Below, piece by piece: positions 1 through 10,668 of a stretch of 64,000 nucleotides of DNA (position 1 is the first letter of the stretch; every line of letters starts with the position of its first letter). The position numbers and the translations under genes are program-made. The notes beneath the pieces were generated by a model. That model saw only the letters and a list, made by a program, of their open reading frames with translations, ran no database searches and was not told the DNA's origin. Source of the stretch: Giardia intestinalis (Eukaryota); assembly GCA_000002435.2 (NCBI GenBank), contig CM018793.1; one strand, 5' to 3'.

Positions 1-561
1 AGCTCCTATCGACCCCCTTGCTATGAAGGTGGAAGCAAGATGTCCCTGCCAAAGACACACCCCATATACGCCCTGCCGTCTGTCAGCATACGAGCCCAAC
101 TCTGGGACATCGCGGGTCAAGAACGCTACACAAGCCTGACTAGAGCATACTATCGTAACGCAGTTGCCGCGGTGGTCGTTGGGGACCTCGAAAGCCCAAC
201 TTTCTACGAGGACGTTCTCGGATGGAAGAAGGACATAGACGAAAAGGTCAAGCTAATGGATACAGATGTCCCCATACCATGTATTCTTTGCTGTAATAAG
301 ATAGATTCAGAGGCAGCCAACGCGTGGTACGCAAAGAACGGTGAGGCAGTCGCAAAATTTGCTCGTGAAAACCGATTTGCGGGAATGTACACGACAAGTG
401 CGCTGACCGGCGCAAATCTGCAATGCGCCTTCCAGCATCTTTGTGTGGCAACTCTTGCGGAGCTGCTGGTGATACAGCAAGCTCAAACCCCATCTATGAA
501 TCCGGTTGTAGTATCTATGGAGCAATCCAAGGAGAGGTCCGCAAATAAGGCTTGTTGTTGA
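1..561 (+). CDS. Rab-like small GTPase, 5'-partial (frame open to window start; the ATG at 40 is internal)
   Basis: WDIAGQERY (G3/switch II), CNKID (G4 NKxD), TSALTG (G5-like), C-terminal -CC prenylation dipeptide. No P-loop (G1) is visible, so the N-terminus lies upstream of the window. Confidence 0.6.
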   Translation, partial: SSYRPPCYEGGSKMSLPKTHPIYALPSVSIRAQLWDIAGQERYTSLTRAYYRNAVAAVVVGDLESPTFYEDVLGWKKDIDEKVKLMDTDVPIPCILCCNKIDSEAANAWYAKNGEAVAKFARENRFAGMYTTSALTGANLQCAFQHLCVATLAELLVIQQAQTPSMNPVVVSMEQSKERSANKACC

Positions 562-639
562 TGGCATATCTATCCGTGATACTGTCCATGACGCTCGTTC
601 TGAGAGCTTCGTATCTTGGCGTGTAAACACCGTTAAAAA

Positions 640-1605
640 ATGCCTTTACATGGTCGCACTGTGGTCCGCGGAGTGCAGAACGATTATCGTGAGCTGAAGC
701 AAATAGGAGAGGGCATCTTCGGACGTTGCTTTAGTGCCTATCGCGTATATGACAACGAGCTTGTCCAGCTCAAGGAGTACAATGTCACATCCATGTCTAT
801 TGCGGATCGCCGCCAGCTCATAGAGGGCATTGAGATTCTCCAGTGCATGTACTACCGCCACATAGTTCGGTTTTACGCCAGCTTCGGCGATCCAGAGGCA
901 GATGTCCACTATGTGGAGACAGAGCTCTGCGCTGGTGGATCCCTCCGCGAATTGATTAATTACTATCGTGGTCTTGCTACTTCTGGAGTAGTCAGTCACC
1001 AAGGCGAGCCGCCCGCACTAGGAACATACAGATCAGGAAGAAGCGTTTATATCGACGAGGCTATCGTCTGGAACATTGCTGCTCAAGCAATAGCCGGCCT
1101 TGCGTTCTTGCACAATCAAACGGAGGACGGCGAGCGATGCGCCGTTGCTCACAGATACATTTCTCCCGAGAGCTTCGGTATCAATGGGGACGGAGTCTTA
1201 AAGCTGGATAACTTTGAGATCGCAGTCGTTGCAAAAGCAAGCAACAGTCCCTTTAATGAGGTAGATCGATCTGTGACTGGAGTGGTCGGGGTTCCCGCCT
1301 ACCGTGCCCCGGAGATTAAAGAGGGGGAGTACTACGGGCCCCCGTCTGACATTTGGTCTCTCGGCTGTGTCCTTCTGGAACTATGCACCCTGAGAGTGCC
1401 GCCCGTGTATGTCAGCGAATCCTCAGAGTTTGAGGTTTACATGCCCGACCAGTATTCCTCTGAACTACGCTCCTTCATTAGATCTATGTTAAAAATTGAC
1501 CCGGTGCAACGGCCCACAAGTGTTCTTCTAAAGGCTAACAAAAATCTGAGTCGCTATCAGCACGCAGCTGTCCCGATTCCTGTCCTGGCTCATGCGTCAA
1601 CGTGA
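640..1605 (+). CDS. NEK-like Ser/Thr protein kinase, probably a catalytically inactive pseudokinase
   Basis: Kinase fold signatures: IGEGIFGRCF Gly-loop, YRAPE, DIWSLGCVLLEL. HRD is replaced by HRY and DFG by DNF. ATG at 640 is preceded by gttaaaaa. Confidence 0.7.
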   Translation: MPLHGRTVVRGVQNDYRELKQIGEGIFGRCFSAYRVYDNELVQLKEYNVTSMSIADRRQLIEGIEILQCMYYRHIVRFYASFGDPEADVHYVETELCAGGSLRELINYYRGLATSGVVSHQGEPPALGTYRSGRSVYIDEAIVWNIAAQAIAGLAFLHNQTEDGERCAVAHRYISPESFGINGDGVLKLDNFEIAVVAKASNSPFNEVDRSVTGVVGVPAYRAPEIKEGEYYGPPSDIWSLGCVLLELCTLRVPPVYVSESSEFEVYMPDQYSSELRSFIRSMLKIDPVQRPTSVLLKANKNLSRYQHAAVPIPVLAHAST

Positions 1606-1624
1606 GGGATCTCCCTTCGCTCTC

Positions 1625-1631
1625 AGTAAAG
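1625..1631 (+). promoter_or_regulatory. putative Giardia poly(A) signal AGTAAAG, 20 nt after the stop of the 640..1605 gene
   Basis: Matches the Giardia AGTRAAY consensus at the expected distance from the stop codon. Confidence 0.4.
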
Positions 1632-1658
1632 ATAGGTTAAGAATTAATCATTGCAGCT

Positions 1659-3872
1659 TCATGGCCCTCTAGCCTTTAGCAAGCTTATTGCTGGGATGAC
1701 GTCTGCCACGTTGGTGACTCCAAGAGCAGACATTATTTCACCTGCCTCTGTGGGAGTGAAGACACCAACTCGTTCAGCTGTGTGAAGGGCGATCGCATTG
1801 ACCCGCTCGATGATCCTGTTGTGGGACGCGTCTCCCGTGAATCCGAGAGTCTTTCTTAGCGCAGCCGCAAGATTCTGCAAAGAACTGAGCTGAACATGAA
1901 TCTTTGAGACGGTTGGAAGAAGCCCTATTACCGACGTGCAACTGAACATCTTGCAGCAATAGTTGACCACGAAGACAAATACTGCAACGGCCGAGTATGC
2001 TTCTTCTTTCGTCAGCCTCAAAAGTATCTCAGGATGCCGCCGGACAGTAGCATCAACGCCATCCTGGACAAGCTTAAAGCGCTCTGGGCCAACACTGTAC
2101 AAGAACGTGTCTGCGGCCTTTATAAGGTCATCCTTCCCAGTCGGATTGAGGCCGATGTGAGACTTCACGGTGCGCCGTTGAAATTCATCAACATAAGGCC
2201 CGAGAGGCAGTAATATGTCTAAGGCACCTGCTTGTTGCGAAGACCCACTTCGCTGAAGATTCCGGAAGAGGGTAAGTAGCTCTGCATGAGCATCTCTAAC
2301 GTCTTCAAGGTCGTACAGATCAGCTAGCTGCTCAACTTGCTGATACCCAAGGGCTTTGGCTATGACCGCACGGAACTCTTTGAGCCTGCACGCTTCCTTG
2401 AGCGCATATGCTACCCTGTTACCCTCTTTATGAAGAATGTCCGGCAGCTGCTCCACAAAGGCGTCGGTGAATTCGGGGCGCTGATTAAGCAACACAGGAT
2501 CGGTTTCCTCGATGAGATCAACCTGAGAGGGTAACGCTGTGCGAGTCATTGTGATTAAGTGCTTAAAAAAGAGGAGCTTCTCAATTGCAAGTGTCAGTAT
2601 TTTCCGATACGCTAGCACCTGCTTCTGGCCCTTTACTGCAGCCTGGACCAGCGCCACGCACTCAGCTGGAGCTGCGGGTTGCGTAGGAAGCTCCAATGCT
2701 ATTCTAGAAAGAAGGTCTTGAAGCTGTGATGTACGCAATTGCTTGAGCAATGCATTAAAGCCCTCCTTTTCTCCAGAGCAATCCTGAGAGACCGCTTGCG
2801 CACCCTTTGGAGACGCTCTACCCCTGGTTCTGTATGTTTCACCGTCTGCAACGGCACAGGAAGGGTCAGGATCATAAAATCGGACTCCCCAAATGAATCC
2901 GCATCTAAATCCTTCCTGAAAAGTGCTTAGAAGAGCTGCTTGTCGAGCCTGAACAGAGAAGACGCCCGTCTCGTCTATGTCGTTAGCCATGGCATCTACA
3001 TGCATTCCAAGGGCAGTGTCAGTGTAAGCTTCCAGTTCTTCCAGCAAAACCTTACGGTAGTCATCCTTGTCTTCCTTGCGGATACCACGCGTGGAGCACT
3101 CGAGCTCCTCATCTGGATCCACCTCGCCCCCAGCTAGAGGTACAGACCGTAGAACACTCCCGCGCTGCTTTGGCTTGGTCTGTGATTTGGCTGACACAAC
3201 AGACGGAAGCGATTTTTGAGCTTGTGTCGTCTCTGCAAAGTTCACAAGACGCTCAAACATGTGCAATATCGCTTGCTCATTGACCTGTGCGCCGGCCTTG
3301 CATTTCAATGTATTTCTGGCTCGCACCATGAGTTCTGCCCACTTGCTCTGGTTGCTTTGCTCAAGACCTTGTCGCAAGGGCCCTCCATTGGATTGTGGCG
3401 CACGTGGGAGTGCAAACGACTGTATTGTGTTCTTGGATGCACGAGAGGCGGGGGTTGGCAGATGGGAAGTCAGGGTGTGTGGCTTACCCAGATGGGCCTG
3501 GATATCATAGAATTCGTACTCAGAATAGGAGGGCGTCATTGACTGAGAAACAGACAGCGCAGGCGTAATGCTGCTAGCTACGGAGTTGGTAGTAATCTGC
3601 TTCAAGAGAGAAACACATTCCGGGGTTGTGTCTCTTCTATGGACAGCTGACCGGGGTCTGTAATACTTAGCTGTTATGCCGGATGTGTGACTGGGGCTTG
3701 AGGTCTGGGAGTCAAACCCGTTGTTTGATATGGCTAGGGGATCGATGGGCGCCCAATATTGCGTGGAGTTCACATGGTCCGCAAGCGGTGTGGCCAAAGA
3801 CCGGAGAGATGGGGTCACCGATACAGACGGGGGCATGCTACTGGGGGTTGGAGATGTCGTAAAGGAATCCAT
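1659..3872 (-). CDS. hypothetical protein (737 aa)
   Basis: Long uninterrupted ORF with ATG at 3870..3872 and an A/T-rich upstream spacer. No recognisable domain. Confidence 0.5.
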   Translation of the reverse strand: MDSFTTSPTPSSMPPSVSVTPSLRSLATPLADHVNSTQYWAPIDPLAISNNGFDSQTSSPSHTSGITAKYYRPRSAVHRRDTTPECVSLLKQITTNSVASSITPALSVSQSMTPSYSEYEFYDIQAHLGKPHTLTSHLPTPASRASKNTIQSFALPRAPQSNGGPLRQGLEQSNQSKWAELMVRARNTLKCKAGAQVNEQAILHMFERLVNFAETTQAQKSLPSVVSAKSQTKPKQRGSVLRSVPLAGGEVDPDEELECSTRGIRKEDKDDYRKVLLEELEAYTDTALGMHVDAMANDIDETGVFSVQARQAALLSTFQEGFRCGFIWGVRFYDPDPSCAVADGETYRTRGRASPKGAQAVSQDCSGEKEGFNALLKQLRTSQLQDLLSRIALELPTQPAAPAECVALVQAAVKGQKQVLAYRKILTLAIEKLLFFKHLITMTRTALPSQVDLIEETDPVLLNQRPEFTDAFVEQLPDILHKEGNRVAYALKEACRLKEFRAVIAKALGYQQVEQLADLYDLEDVRDAHAELLTLFRNLQRSGSSQQAGALDILLPLGPYVDEFQRRTVKSHIGLNPTGKDDLIKAADTFLYSVGPERFKLVQDGVDATVRRHPEILLRLTKEEAYSAVAVFVFVVNYCCKMFSCTSVIGLLPTVSKIHVQLSSLQNLAAALRKTLGFTGDASHNRIIERVNAIALHTAERVGVFTPTEAGEIMSALGVTNVADVIPAISLLKARGP

Positions 3873-3889
3873 GAAGTCCAGATTTATTA

Positions 3890-4564
3890 TTAAACCGGGT
3901 TTTGCGTCTCTCTAGATGCGTGAGATTCACACTCAGATAATATCAATCTGGCAATGTGAGGGTAAACGAACTGCATCATGGCTGCGTGTCCCGAGTGGGT
4001 GAAGTGGAGCCCGTCGTCTCCAACAATGTTTGTACCAAGGCAATGAGAGTCCAGGACAGTGCATGCTACGTCTGGCAGAAGAGCGTGAACCGCTTGCTCT
4101 AAGCCCTTCGTACCCTTGAACTTCCGTTCCCAGAAGCCTGTCAGTCTCGCATACACTATCCCTGGATGTGTGACATAAAGAATATCCGCGTCAGCGCGCT
4201 TTGCTCGACAAGTAGATATGTACCAATTGATTTCAGTTGTTATTTGAGCAGCCGTTGCCTCATAACTCAGGTCGTTGGTGCCCAGAGCTAAGATGAGAAT
4301 GAGTCTTGGCGTCTGGGCCTTGTCCTGGTATCGTGTAATAAGCCGAGTGAACTGCTCCTTAGCAGAACTTTCTCCTGAAAGGCTGCGTCCCGGTACTGAA
4401 TCATTGTGGACCGTCCAGTTCTCTACCCCGTTGGCCACAAGGGCTTTACTGAGGAGCTGGGGCCAAGAGGCGTCTCCCAGGTTGGGTGCTCTGGAATTGT
4501 GGGGGTACCCTGCCCCGTTAGAATCCCCATATATGAGGAGGATGTTCTGTCCTTCTTTCTTCAT
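3890..4564 (-). CDS. SGNH/GDSL-family hydrolase (lipase/esterase-like)
   Basis: Block I IYGDSN (GDS-x), GTND block, DGLHFT (DxxH catalytic block). The ORF-track start at 4585 is a GTG. The first ATG is at 4562..4564 and is preceded by ttttaaattta. Confidence 0.7.
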   Translation of the reverse strand: MKKEGQNILLIYGDSNGAGYPHNSRAPNLGDASWPQLLSKALVANGVENWTVHNDSVPGRSLSGESSAKEQFTRLITRYQDKAQTPRLILILALGTNDLSYEATAAQITTEINWYISTCRAKRADADILYVTHPGIVYARLTGFWERKFKGTKGLEQAVHALLPDVACTVLDSHCLGTNIVGDDGLHFTHSGHAAMMQFVYPHIARLILSECESHASRETQNPV

Positions 4565-4591
4565 CTCTAAATTTAAAAGATTCACAGCGCC

Positions 4592-4933
4592 ATGCAGCCG
4601 TGGAACCCCGATTACCTCCCCCTCTATAAGGCTGTGAATAAAACGATGCAGAAGACGAGGTATACGACGCCGGATGCTCTGCTCAAAAGTGAGCAGGAGC
4701 TCTTTGGGCCCCTATTATCCAACCGTTTTGATCACCCAACGGCTTCCCCATTTTGCACGCGATACTGCGACCTAACTCTCGTTCCAGCTCCATACATGCT
4801 TCCCGAAGGTAGCATCCCTTTTTCAACGCCCGTCGCAGGATCTGTTTTGATGAGTGCTAACGCATCCACCAAAGCAACCATCACGGCCCTTCATGACCTC
4901 CCGGGTTATCTGGAGCAGCTTCAGCAGAAGTGA
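4592..4933 (+). CDS. small hypothetical ORF (113 aa) in the gap between two divergent genes
   Basis: ATG start, no domain, sits in a 378-nt spacer. It could be spurious. Confidence 0.25.
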   Translation: MQPWNPDYLPLYKAVNKTMQKTRYTTPDALLKSEQELFGPLLSNRFDHPTASPFCTRYCDLTLVPAPYMLPEGSIPFSTPVAGSVLMSANASTKATITALHDLPGYLEQLQQK

Positions 4934-4963
4934 TCGGAAGGAGTTTAGGGCCTCAAAAATTAA

Positions 4964-5665
4964 ATGGGTCTGGGTAGTATTTCTTGGTTCTACAAAGAGC
5001 CTCAGACCACCACGGTTCGGCTGTTTGACGTCTTTGCCCAGGGGAGAGACTATATTACTCGGTCAGATATCCGCCGCGCGCTTGCTGGATTGAAACTGAC
5101 GCCGACCGCTGACGAGGTCTCCGCCATATACCGCGAGGTAGAAGAGCTTTCTAGCATGACGCATCCAGAAGTATCAGAGAAGCTCGTTTATCCCATGTTT
5201 GAGGAGATGCGCCATGCCCCACCTTTCACACCTCTTTACTCCTGCACCTTGAATATATTGGCGGAATATATGAAGTATAACTGTGCTTACATTCACCGGG
5301 GCTATGTCACAGAGGACAGCATTGAGACCGCTCTTCTCAAGGAGTCGAAGAGCCCCGAGTTCATAGACAACGTGAAAAGAAATCTTCTGCAGCTCTCCTT
5401 CAACGTGCAGTTCAAGCTTGTGAGCGTCAGAGAGCTCTACTGCTTCATGAAACAGATCATCCCTAATAACTGGCGTCAGTACATATGCGAAAGCATACTA
5501 GAAAATGTTCCGATATCCACTATAGTAGAGAGCCTCTGTGAAGTGGGGTTCAATGAGAACACGGTGATCGAAACAGTCCGGCTCATTGCTAGCGAGGGAA
5601 TGGTGTCTGCATTTCCTGCGTTTCTAGAGAAGACATCCCAGGCCGTTGTTCATATCTATCAATAG
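4964..5665 (+). CDS. hypothetical protein (233 aa), possible EF-hand-like segment near N-terminus
   Basis: ATG at 4964 preceded by cctcaaaaattaa. FDVFAQGRDYITRSDIRRAL resembles an EF-hand loop (weak). Confidence 0.5.
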   Translation: MGLGSISWFYKEPQTTTVRLFDVFAQGRDYITRSDIRRALAGLKLTPTADEVSAIYREVEELSSMTHPEVSEKLVYPMFEEMRHAPPFTPLYSCTLNILAEYMKYNCAYIHRGYVTEDSIETALLKESKSPEFIDNVKRNLLQLSFNVQFKLVSVRELYCFMKQIIPNNWRQYICESILENVPISTIVESLCEVGFNENTVIETVRLIASEGMVSAFPAFLEKTSQAVVHIYQ

Positions 5666-5749
5666 CGGCAACGCCTGTAACATCCTAGCCCCACACCAGT
5701 GCGTGCCAGTAGAGCTGTGGTGGATCAGTTCAAGAGTAAATGGGGATGT

Positions 5750-7951
5750 TCACTGTGTCTCAGAAGCCGCTTGGAGGGTTATGTCGTAGACCGCAACTTC
5801 TCCGGAAAAGCCCGTCAGTACAACCTGGGAGCCGAGCTTACTCAGCCATACACTGGCACCGTTTACCCCGTTGCAGAACTGCGTGTCGGCTGGGATCCAA
5901 TCATCAGCCCCACAAACAAGAGACATGATCACTTCGTCGCCCTCGGTTTCGCATCCAGCACTTATCAGCACCTTGTCGTTGCAATCTATCATATACCTAC
6001 CTTTACGGTTAACGAAGACAGAAGATGGAAGGGCAATTGCCTGTACAGGGGCATCTACATCGAAGTCAAAGAACCGGAGAAGGCCGTCCACACACGCGCA
6101 AGCCAGCTCGTAGCGCCCCACAGGAACCTGGCTGATCGAATATGCAAAGCCATTCGACCCCCCTGGCAACTGACGGTTCTTTAACCGTTTGGGCTGTGCT
6201 GCGTTCTTCAAGTCATACGTGTGGATATAACCTTCAGAAAAGCTAGCGTGCAAGATGGTGGGGACCAGGATGTCACACTTGACGCTGAAGATGTGACAAA
6301 AGTTGCCTGTGATCTTTGCTAAGTAGGCTCCAGATGATGGGCTATATGTGAAGATCCCCCCGTCTGCGCCGCCAGAGGCAAGGAATTGGGAGTTAACATC
6401 CAAAGCTGAAACTGCTGCTCTATGTGCGTTTGGTATGTCAAAGAGTTTTCGTAACACAAAGCCCTCCCCTGCCACAGGGACCATCTTCAGTGCCGCAATG
6501 CTTCCATTGCTAAAGCCTACGTAGATAGTGTCCTCGAGTGTACAGATTGCTGTTGCAGCCGTGCTTGCTGAGGAGACTTGCATAGTTGCAATTAAAGAAG
6601 TGGGGTTATCTCGTGTCGCTGCAGAGCCAAGCCCAAGCAGATGCCAGACCTGCACGGTACCACTCTGGGTAGCGCCCACGAGATACTCTTGGCCGCCAAC
6701 AACAAGGCTACACGAAACAACAAGGGGTAATGTTGGAAATGAGAAAACAAGACTCCGTTGGCCCAGAGAAAAGCCTACTATGAGATTTGCGCTAGTGGGC
6801 GGGGCATCTGACTTTCGAAGAGGGGTCACGGTAAACTTGCGATCTTGTGGTCCGAAGTTATTGAAGCCCTGTTGCCCAGGAAGTTCCCCGACGTTGCCCC
6901 GCTTATTTAAGTAGACGGAATCGTACTTTTCTCGTGCCAGATCGCCTTGCAACATAGCTCGCTCTAGCTCAAAGCGGAATACAGCCCCAGAGCCTACTAT
7001 AGCGTACAAGCACGCGCCTGCAATGCAGTGCGAGAGACATGTGATAGAGGAAGATTCCATTGATAGGTCAGACACGACGTTAAAGAGCATGTCCTGCCCA
7101 TAGATCACTATGACGTCCCCGTCACTGGATGACAAAGCGTAGCATTCGGCAACTACAGGATATGTGCGCGATTCCTGTAATAGCAGTATACTGGTGACAG
7201 AGCACTTAAAGTACTTAAGGATAGTTCGCAAGGTGGAGGTCTTTAGATTGAATACACAAAGCTCCCCAGAGGGTGTGCCACAGAAACAGAAATCACCCGA
7301 GACAAGCCCAGTGGTAAACGTACGAACTGTGCCTGTTGTTGGCATGGCGATAGTTGAGGTAGTCATTTCATATGTAAGAGTTGCTCTATTGAAGACCAGA
7401 AGGTGGCTGTAAATCTTATTGTAATCTACTGAGACGAAGTTCATCGAAGGCCGAGGTTTCTTTGCTTCATCCGGAGCAATCTGGCCAAACGCAACAAATG
7501 TGTTGCAAGATGCATCCTTTGCGGTGAAGCGGCCTATAACGGTGTAATCATCACATGACCAACACGCAACGAGCCCACATGTCAATGAACATGCCGCCAA
7601 AAAGTGGGAGTCTGGCGAAAAGTCAATGAACCTAACTCCGGAGGGGAAAGCCTCGAGTACCACAGACTCGCCCGATTCGTAGGTCCAGAGGAAAATGCAA
7701 CTCTGGCCTGCTCCATCGGTATCTTGCCCGGAAGCAACATACTTCCCGCACGGTGAAACAGCCACTGTGGTAATTGTCTGTGTGTGCCCCGGAAATATGC
7801 GCTGCTCGCCTGTTTCCGGATTGTGTATGATTAGAAGCTTTCCCGTTGAATAGACAAGGGATCCAGAAGGATGGACTATGAAATTCCTGGCCTGAAAGGT
7901 GCCGAAAGAGGTGCTAATCCCGAGCAAGCTGTGGAGGCTAATCTCAGCCAT
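5750..7951 (-). CDS. WD40-repeat beta-propeller protein (733 aa)
   Basis: Repeated GH..(S/T)..V..SP.G..(L/V)ASG..D....W-type units throughout. ATG at 7949..7951. Confidence 0.65.
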   Translation of the reverse strand: MAEISLHSLLGISTSFGTFQARNFIVHPSGSLVYSTGKLLIIHNPETGEQRIFPGHTQTITTVAVSPCGKYVASGQDTDGAGQSCIFLWTYESGESVVLEAFPSGVRFIDFSPDSHFLAACSLTCGLVACWSCDDYTVIGRFTAKDASCNTFVAFGQIAPDEAKKPRPSMNFVSVDYNKIYSHLLVFNRATLTYEMTTSTIAMPTTGTVRTFTTGLVSGDFCFCGTPSGELCVFNLKTSTLRTILKYFKCSVTSILLLQESRTYPVVAECYALSSSDGDVIVIYGQDMLFNVVSDLSMESSSITCLSHCIAGACLYAIVGSGAVFRFELERAMLQGDLAREKYDSVYLNKRGNVGELPGQQGFNNFGPQDRKFTVTPLRKSDAPPTSANLIVGFSLGQRSLVFSFPTLPLVVSCSLVVGGQEYLVGATQSGTVQVWHLLGLGSAATRDNPTSLIATMQVSSASTAATAICTLEDTIYVGFSNGSIAALKMVPVAGEGFVLRKLFDIPNAHRAAVSALDVNSQFLASGGADGGIFTYSPSSGAYLAKITGNFCHIFSVKCDILVPTILHASFSEGYIHTYDLKNAAQPKRLKNRQLPGGSNGFAYSISQVPVGRYELACACVDGLLRFFDFDVDAPVQAIALPSSVFVNRKGRYMIDCNDKVLISAGCETEGDEVIMSLVCGADDWIPADTQFCNGVNGASVWLSKLGSQVVLTGFSGEVAVYDITLQAASETQ

Positions 7952-8005
7952 GGAGATTTTTTTGTGTGCTGCTCAAATTCTGAGACGTAGCCTGCGGCAG
8001 CTACC

Positions 8006-9652
8006 ATGCAGAAGCCCCTTCCGCAAAAAGGCCCATCGCATAGGCCAGCTGTCCCGAGGATTCTCCGGCCACAGAGCCAGGAGATCGTTGCACTTACTAA
8101 TATCTTTCTTCTCCAGGAGTCGGCCTTGTTCTCCGAGACCTATGGGTTTACACCCAACAGCTACACCTTTCTGAAGGGGTCTCCCCGTGAGAAGGCCTGC
8201 GTTATGCACTTTTTGCTGATGATAGCCGATCGCCACGAAGCCCAGCAGCAGTTCGCCTTTCTTAAGCCAGAAAAGGGCTCCAATTTGATACATTTTAGGA
8301 CCTGTGAGCTGTCTCTTTTTCGCGATAGAGCATACGTCATTGCCTCTGCCTTGAGCAACATGGCTGGCTTTGAAGTTGTGCCCCGGTCGGAGTTCCTAGG
8401 ATTCTCGGCGAAGTACATGAACATGGTGTTTCGCCTTTCTATTTACTGCGTACGTGAGCAGAGTAAGCGTCTTTTGCGGCGCTTATCCTCTGTCGACCTC
8501 AGTGCAATGGCTGATGGCACAGATATAGACCAGGCCGCGAAAGAAAACCTTTCTGGCACAACGTTTTTCGACGAATCTTTGAACATGCCTGTGAATTCGC
8601 CGCTAATCCGTCAAGTGAGCATTGCGGCAACTGGAAGCTCGTCCAGCAGCGCGAGATTGAACTTTTCTCCGGGGCAATTGGTTCCATACTGCAGTACGCA
8701 GATTAGCCTCGCTTTGGAAGAGCTTGATGTTGAAGCCTTATTGGCTAAAAGGATCTCAGACATATACAGAGAGCTTCTAAACGCTGAAAAGGATCAAGCC
8801 TGCTATGAGAGTGTCATCCGATGTCTTGCAAAGCATAACTATGAGGTAACAACACCGGGTCCAGAGAGTGTGCCTCGTCCTCGCGTTCCTCCAAACATTG
8901 GGGATGCACTACGTTTTCTGCAAGCCCTCAGCAAGGAGCTCCAAGACATTCCACTCGATGCATACACTTTCCTAAGGCAGCTAGGGAACACCCAGTCTCC
9001 TGGCTTACAGTTAGAAGATCAGAGCGCTGAGGTAACGTACCCAGAGGTACATCTTTCACAGCTTCGGGAGCTTTACAAAACACAAGTTCAGCCATCTTCT
9101 GTTAACTTTCCGTTAATCTGCGCAGGAGCTACGTCTCTATTAAGAAGCGCACTTTCCGATGAAACCCTCCATAACATAAACCAGAGGCTTTTCTCTTGTC
9201 CTCGTGTAGACGTACCAGACCATGTGTCGCCAAATCGCAATTATGAGGAGCAGCTTCTGGGCGTTCAGAGCTCAATAAAGGCACTTCAGGCGCAAATAAC
9301 AGCTTTACGAAAGGACTCTAACTCTAGTTTACAGCCGCCAGATACAACCGTGAAGGACGCGTTCACAGAGGCCATTCTCCAGGCACTTGGAGACACCGAG
9401 AACGCAAGCTCAAGCGTTGGCAACCAGCATTGCATCGAGGATAACAGGACCATAAGAGATCCACGCATTGCAGATAAAGAGCGGCTGCGGATGTCGCTTC
9501 GTGCAACAACAAGAACCCAGGAAATAGACAAGCTCTCATCTCGACTGCACAAGACATTCTCCGGCGGAAAACAGGTTATCCCCGTTTCTACATTCGTTGC
9601 AGATGGCACAGAAGGCCGTCTCTCTAATACCGTATATCTTGGGGACGAGTAA
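8006..9652 (+). CDS. hypothetical protein (548 aa)
   Basis: Long ORF with an ATG 54 nt from the divergent WD40 gene start. No confident domain. Confidence 0.55.
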   Translation: MQKPLPQKGPSHRPAVPRILRPQSQEIVALTNIFLLQESALFSETYGFTPNSYTFLKGSPREKACVMHFLLMIADRHEAQQQFAFLKPEKGSNLIHFRTCELSLFRDRAYVIASALSNMAGFEVVPRSEFLGFSAKYMNMVFRLSIYCVREQSKRLLRRLSSVDLSAMADGTDIDQAAKENLSGTTFFDESLNMPVNSPLIRQVSIAATGSSSSSARLNFSPGQLVPYCSTQISLALEELDVEALLAKRISDIYRELLNAEKDQACYESVIRCLAKHNYEVTTPGPESVPRPRVPPNIGDALRFLQALSKELQDIPLDAYTFLRQLGNTQSPGLQLEDQSAEVTYPEVHLSQLRELYKTQVQPSSVNFPLICAGATSLLRSALSDETLHNINQRLFSCPRVDVPDHVSPNRNYEEQLLGVQSSIKALQAQITALRKDSNSSLQPPDTTVKDAFTEAILQALGDTENASSSVGNQHCIEDNRTIRDPRIADKERLRMSLRATTRTQEIDKLSSRLHKTFSGGKQVIPVSTFVADGTEGRLSNTVYLGDE

Positions 9653-9669
9653 CAAATTTCAAAATTTGC

Positions 9670-10656
9670 ATGTCCTATTTTGACTGGAATGATCGCCTCC
9701 CGAACAGCCTCCGGGCAGGCTTCCAGCCACCGTCCGAGGAAGCAGAGGAGGACATGAAACGCAGACACCATGCGGAGTTAGTCGAATACGAACGCTTTGC
9801 AACGAGCATTCGCTCCGAGTACACGAAACCAATCGATAAGAGCCGCGCCGTGCAGCAGCTCTCAAGGCTGAAGCAGCAGATGCGCGACCGCCATGTATCA
9901 GAAGAAGCTGTGCTCAGCGGCTCTGAGCGAGCGTCGAAGAAAGCCCAGATCCTTTTGAACGCAGGGCCTTCACATCCTGTAGCCTCTGGGAAAACAGATA
10001 ATGTCGCAGAAGATCCAGTACGTGCCGGCTTTCTCCCTCCACAGGATGCAAGAGGCCTAATTGGGGGTGCCCTGGCTCATGCAAACCGCATGGCAGAGCA
10101 GGCATCTCATAAAGTCCTTCGCTCGACGGTGAATCGCACCGCAATGGATAACGAGATCATCGAGAGATATGTGAAAAAGACAGAAGCCCGCTCAGGCCCT
10201 GGAGCGCGCTTTGGCTTCATCCAACGGATCAACCAGAAGGCCGCCGCCTTGGGAAAGCGGGTCATAACCGTTGAGGCAGACAATCACTGTTTGTACAATT
10301 CTCTGATTGCAGGCCTTCACGGGCCATCTGAGAATTCGGGAGAGGCTGTCAGGCATCTACGAAACCTAGTGGGGGACTACATTGCCGCACATGCAGATAT
10401 CTATGCAGACATGATAAATGTGATGGTCCAGATGTCGCTTGCAGCGTACGTGGAGGGCGTGAAGACAGAAGCCATGGGAGACGAGCTGGAGTGCTCTGTA
10501 GCGGCAAAGGTGCTGAGGGTGAGGATACACCTACTTACGCCAGACGACGACGTCCGCATCTTCGATCCTGAGGGCTCATCAGAGGCCGATATTTGGATTG
10601 CATATTATCCTAGCTACACCATTCTAGGGGATCCTCACTACAACGTACTAAGGTGA
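9670..10656 (+). CDS. OTU-domain cysteine protease-like protein (putative deubiquitinase)
   Basis: Cys-box-like DNHCLYNSL and C-terminal His-box-like GDPHYNVL at OTU-typical spacing. Only 17 nt separate it from the upstream gene. Confidence 0.55.
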   Translation: MSYFDWNDRLPNSLRAGFQPPSEEAEEDMKRRHHAELVEYERFATSIRSEYTKPIDKSRAVQQLSRLKQQMRDRHVSEEAVLSGSERASKKAQILLNAGPSHPVASGKTDNVAEDPVRAGFLPPQDARGLIGGALAHANRMAEQASHKVLRSTVNRTAMDNEIIERYVKKTEARSGPGARFGFIQRINQKAAALGKRVITVEADNHCLYNSLIAGLHGPSENSGEAVRHLRNLVGDYIAAHADIYADMINVMVQMSLAAYVEGVKTEAMGDELECSVAAKVLRVRIHLLTPDDDVRIFDPEGSSEADIWIAYYPSYTILGDPHYNVLR

Positions 10657-10668
10657 CACGGCCTCTAA

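Noticed and set aside
5699-6184. 161-aa plus-strand ORF
   Set aside because: Lies entirely antisense within the 3' part of the WD40 gene, has no ATG context and is likely spurious. The same judgement applies to the many 60-120 aa antisense ORFs inside TOP2, the 803-aa gene and the LRR gene
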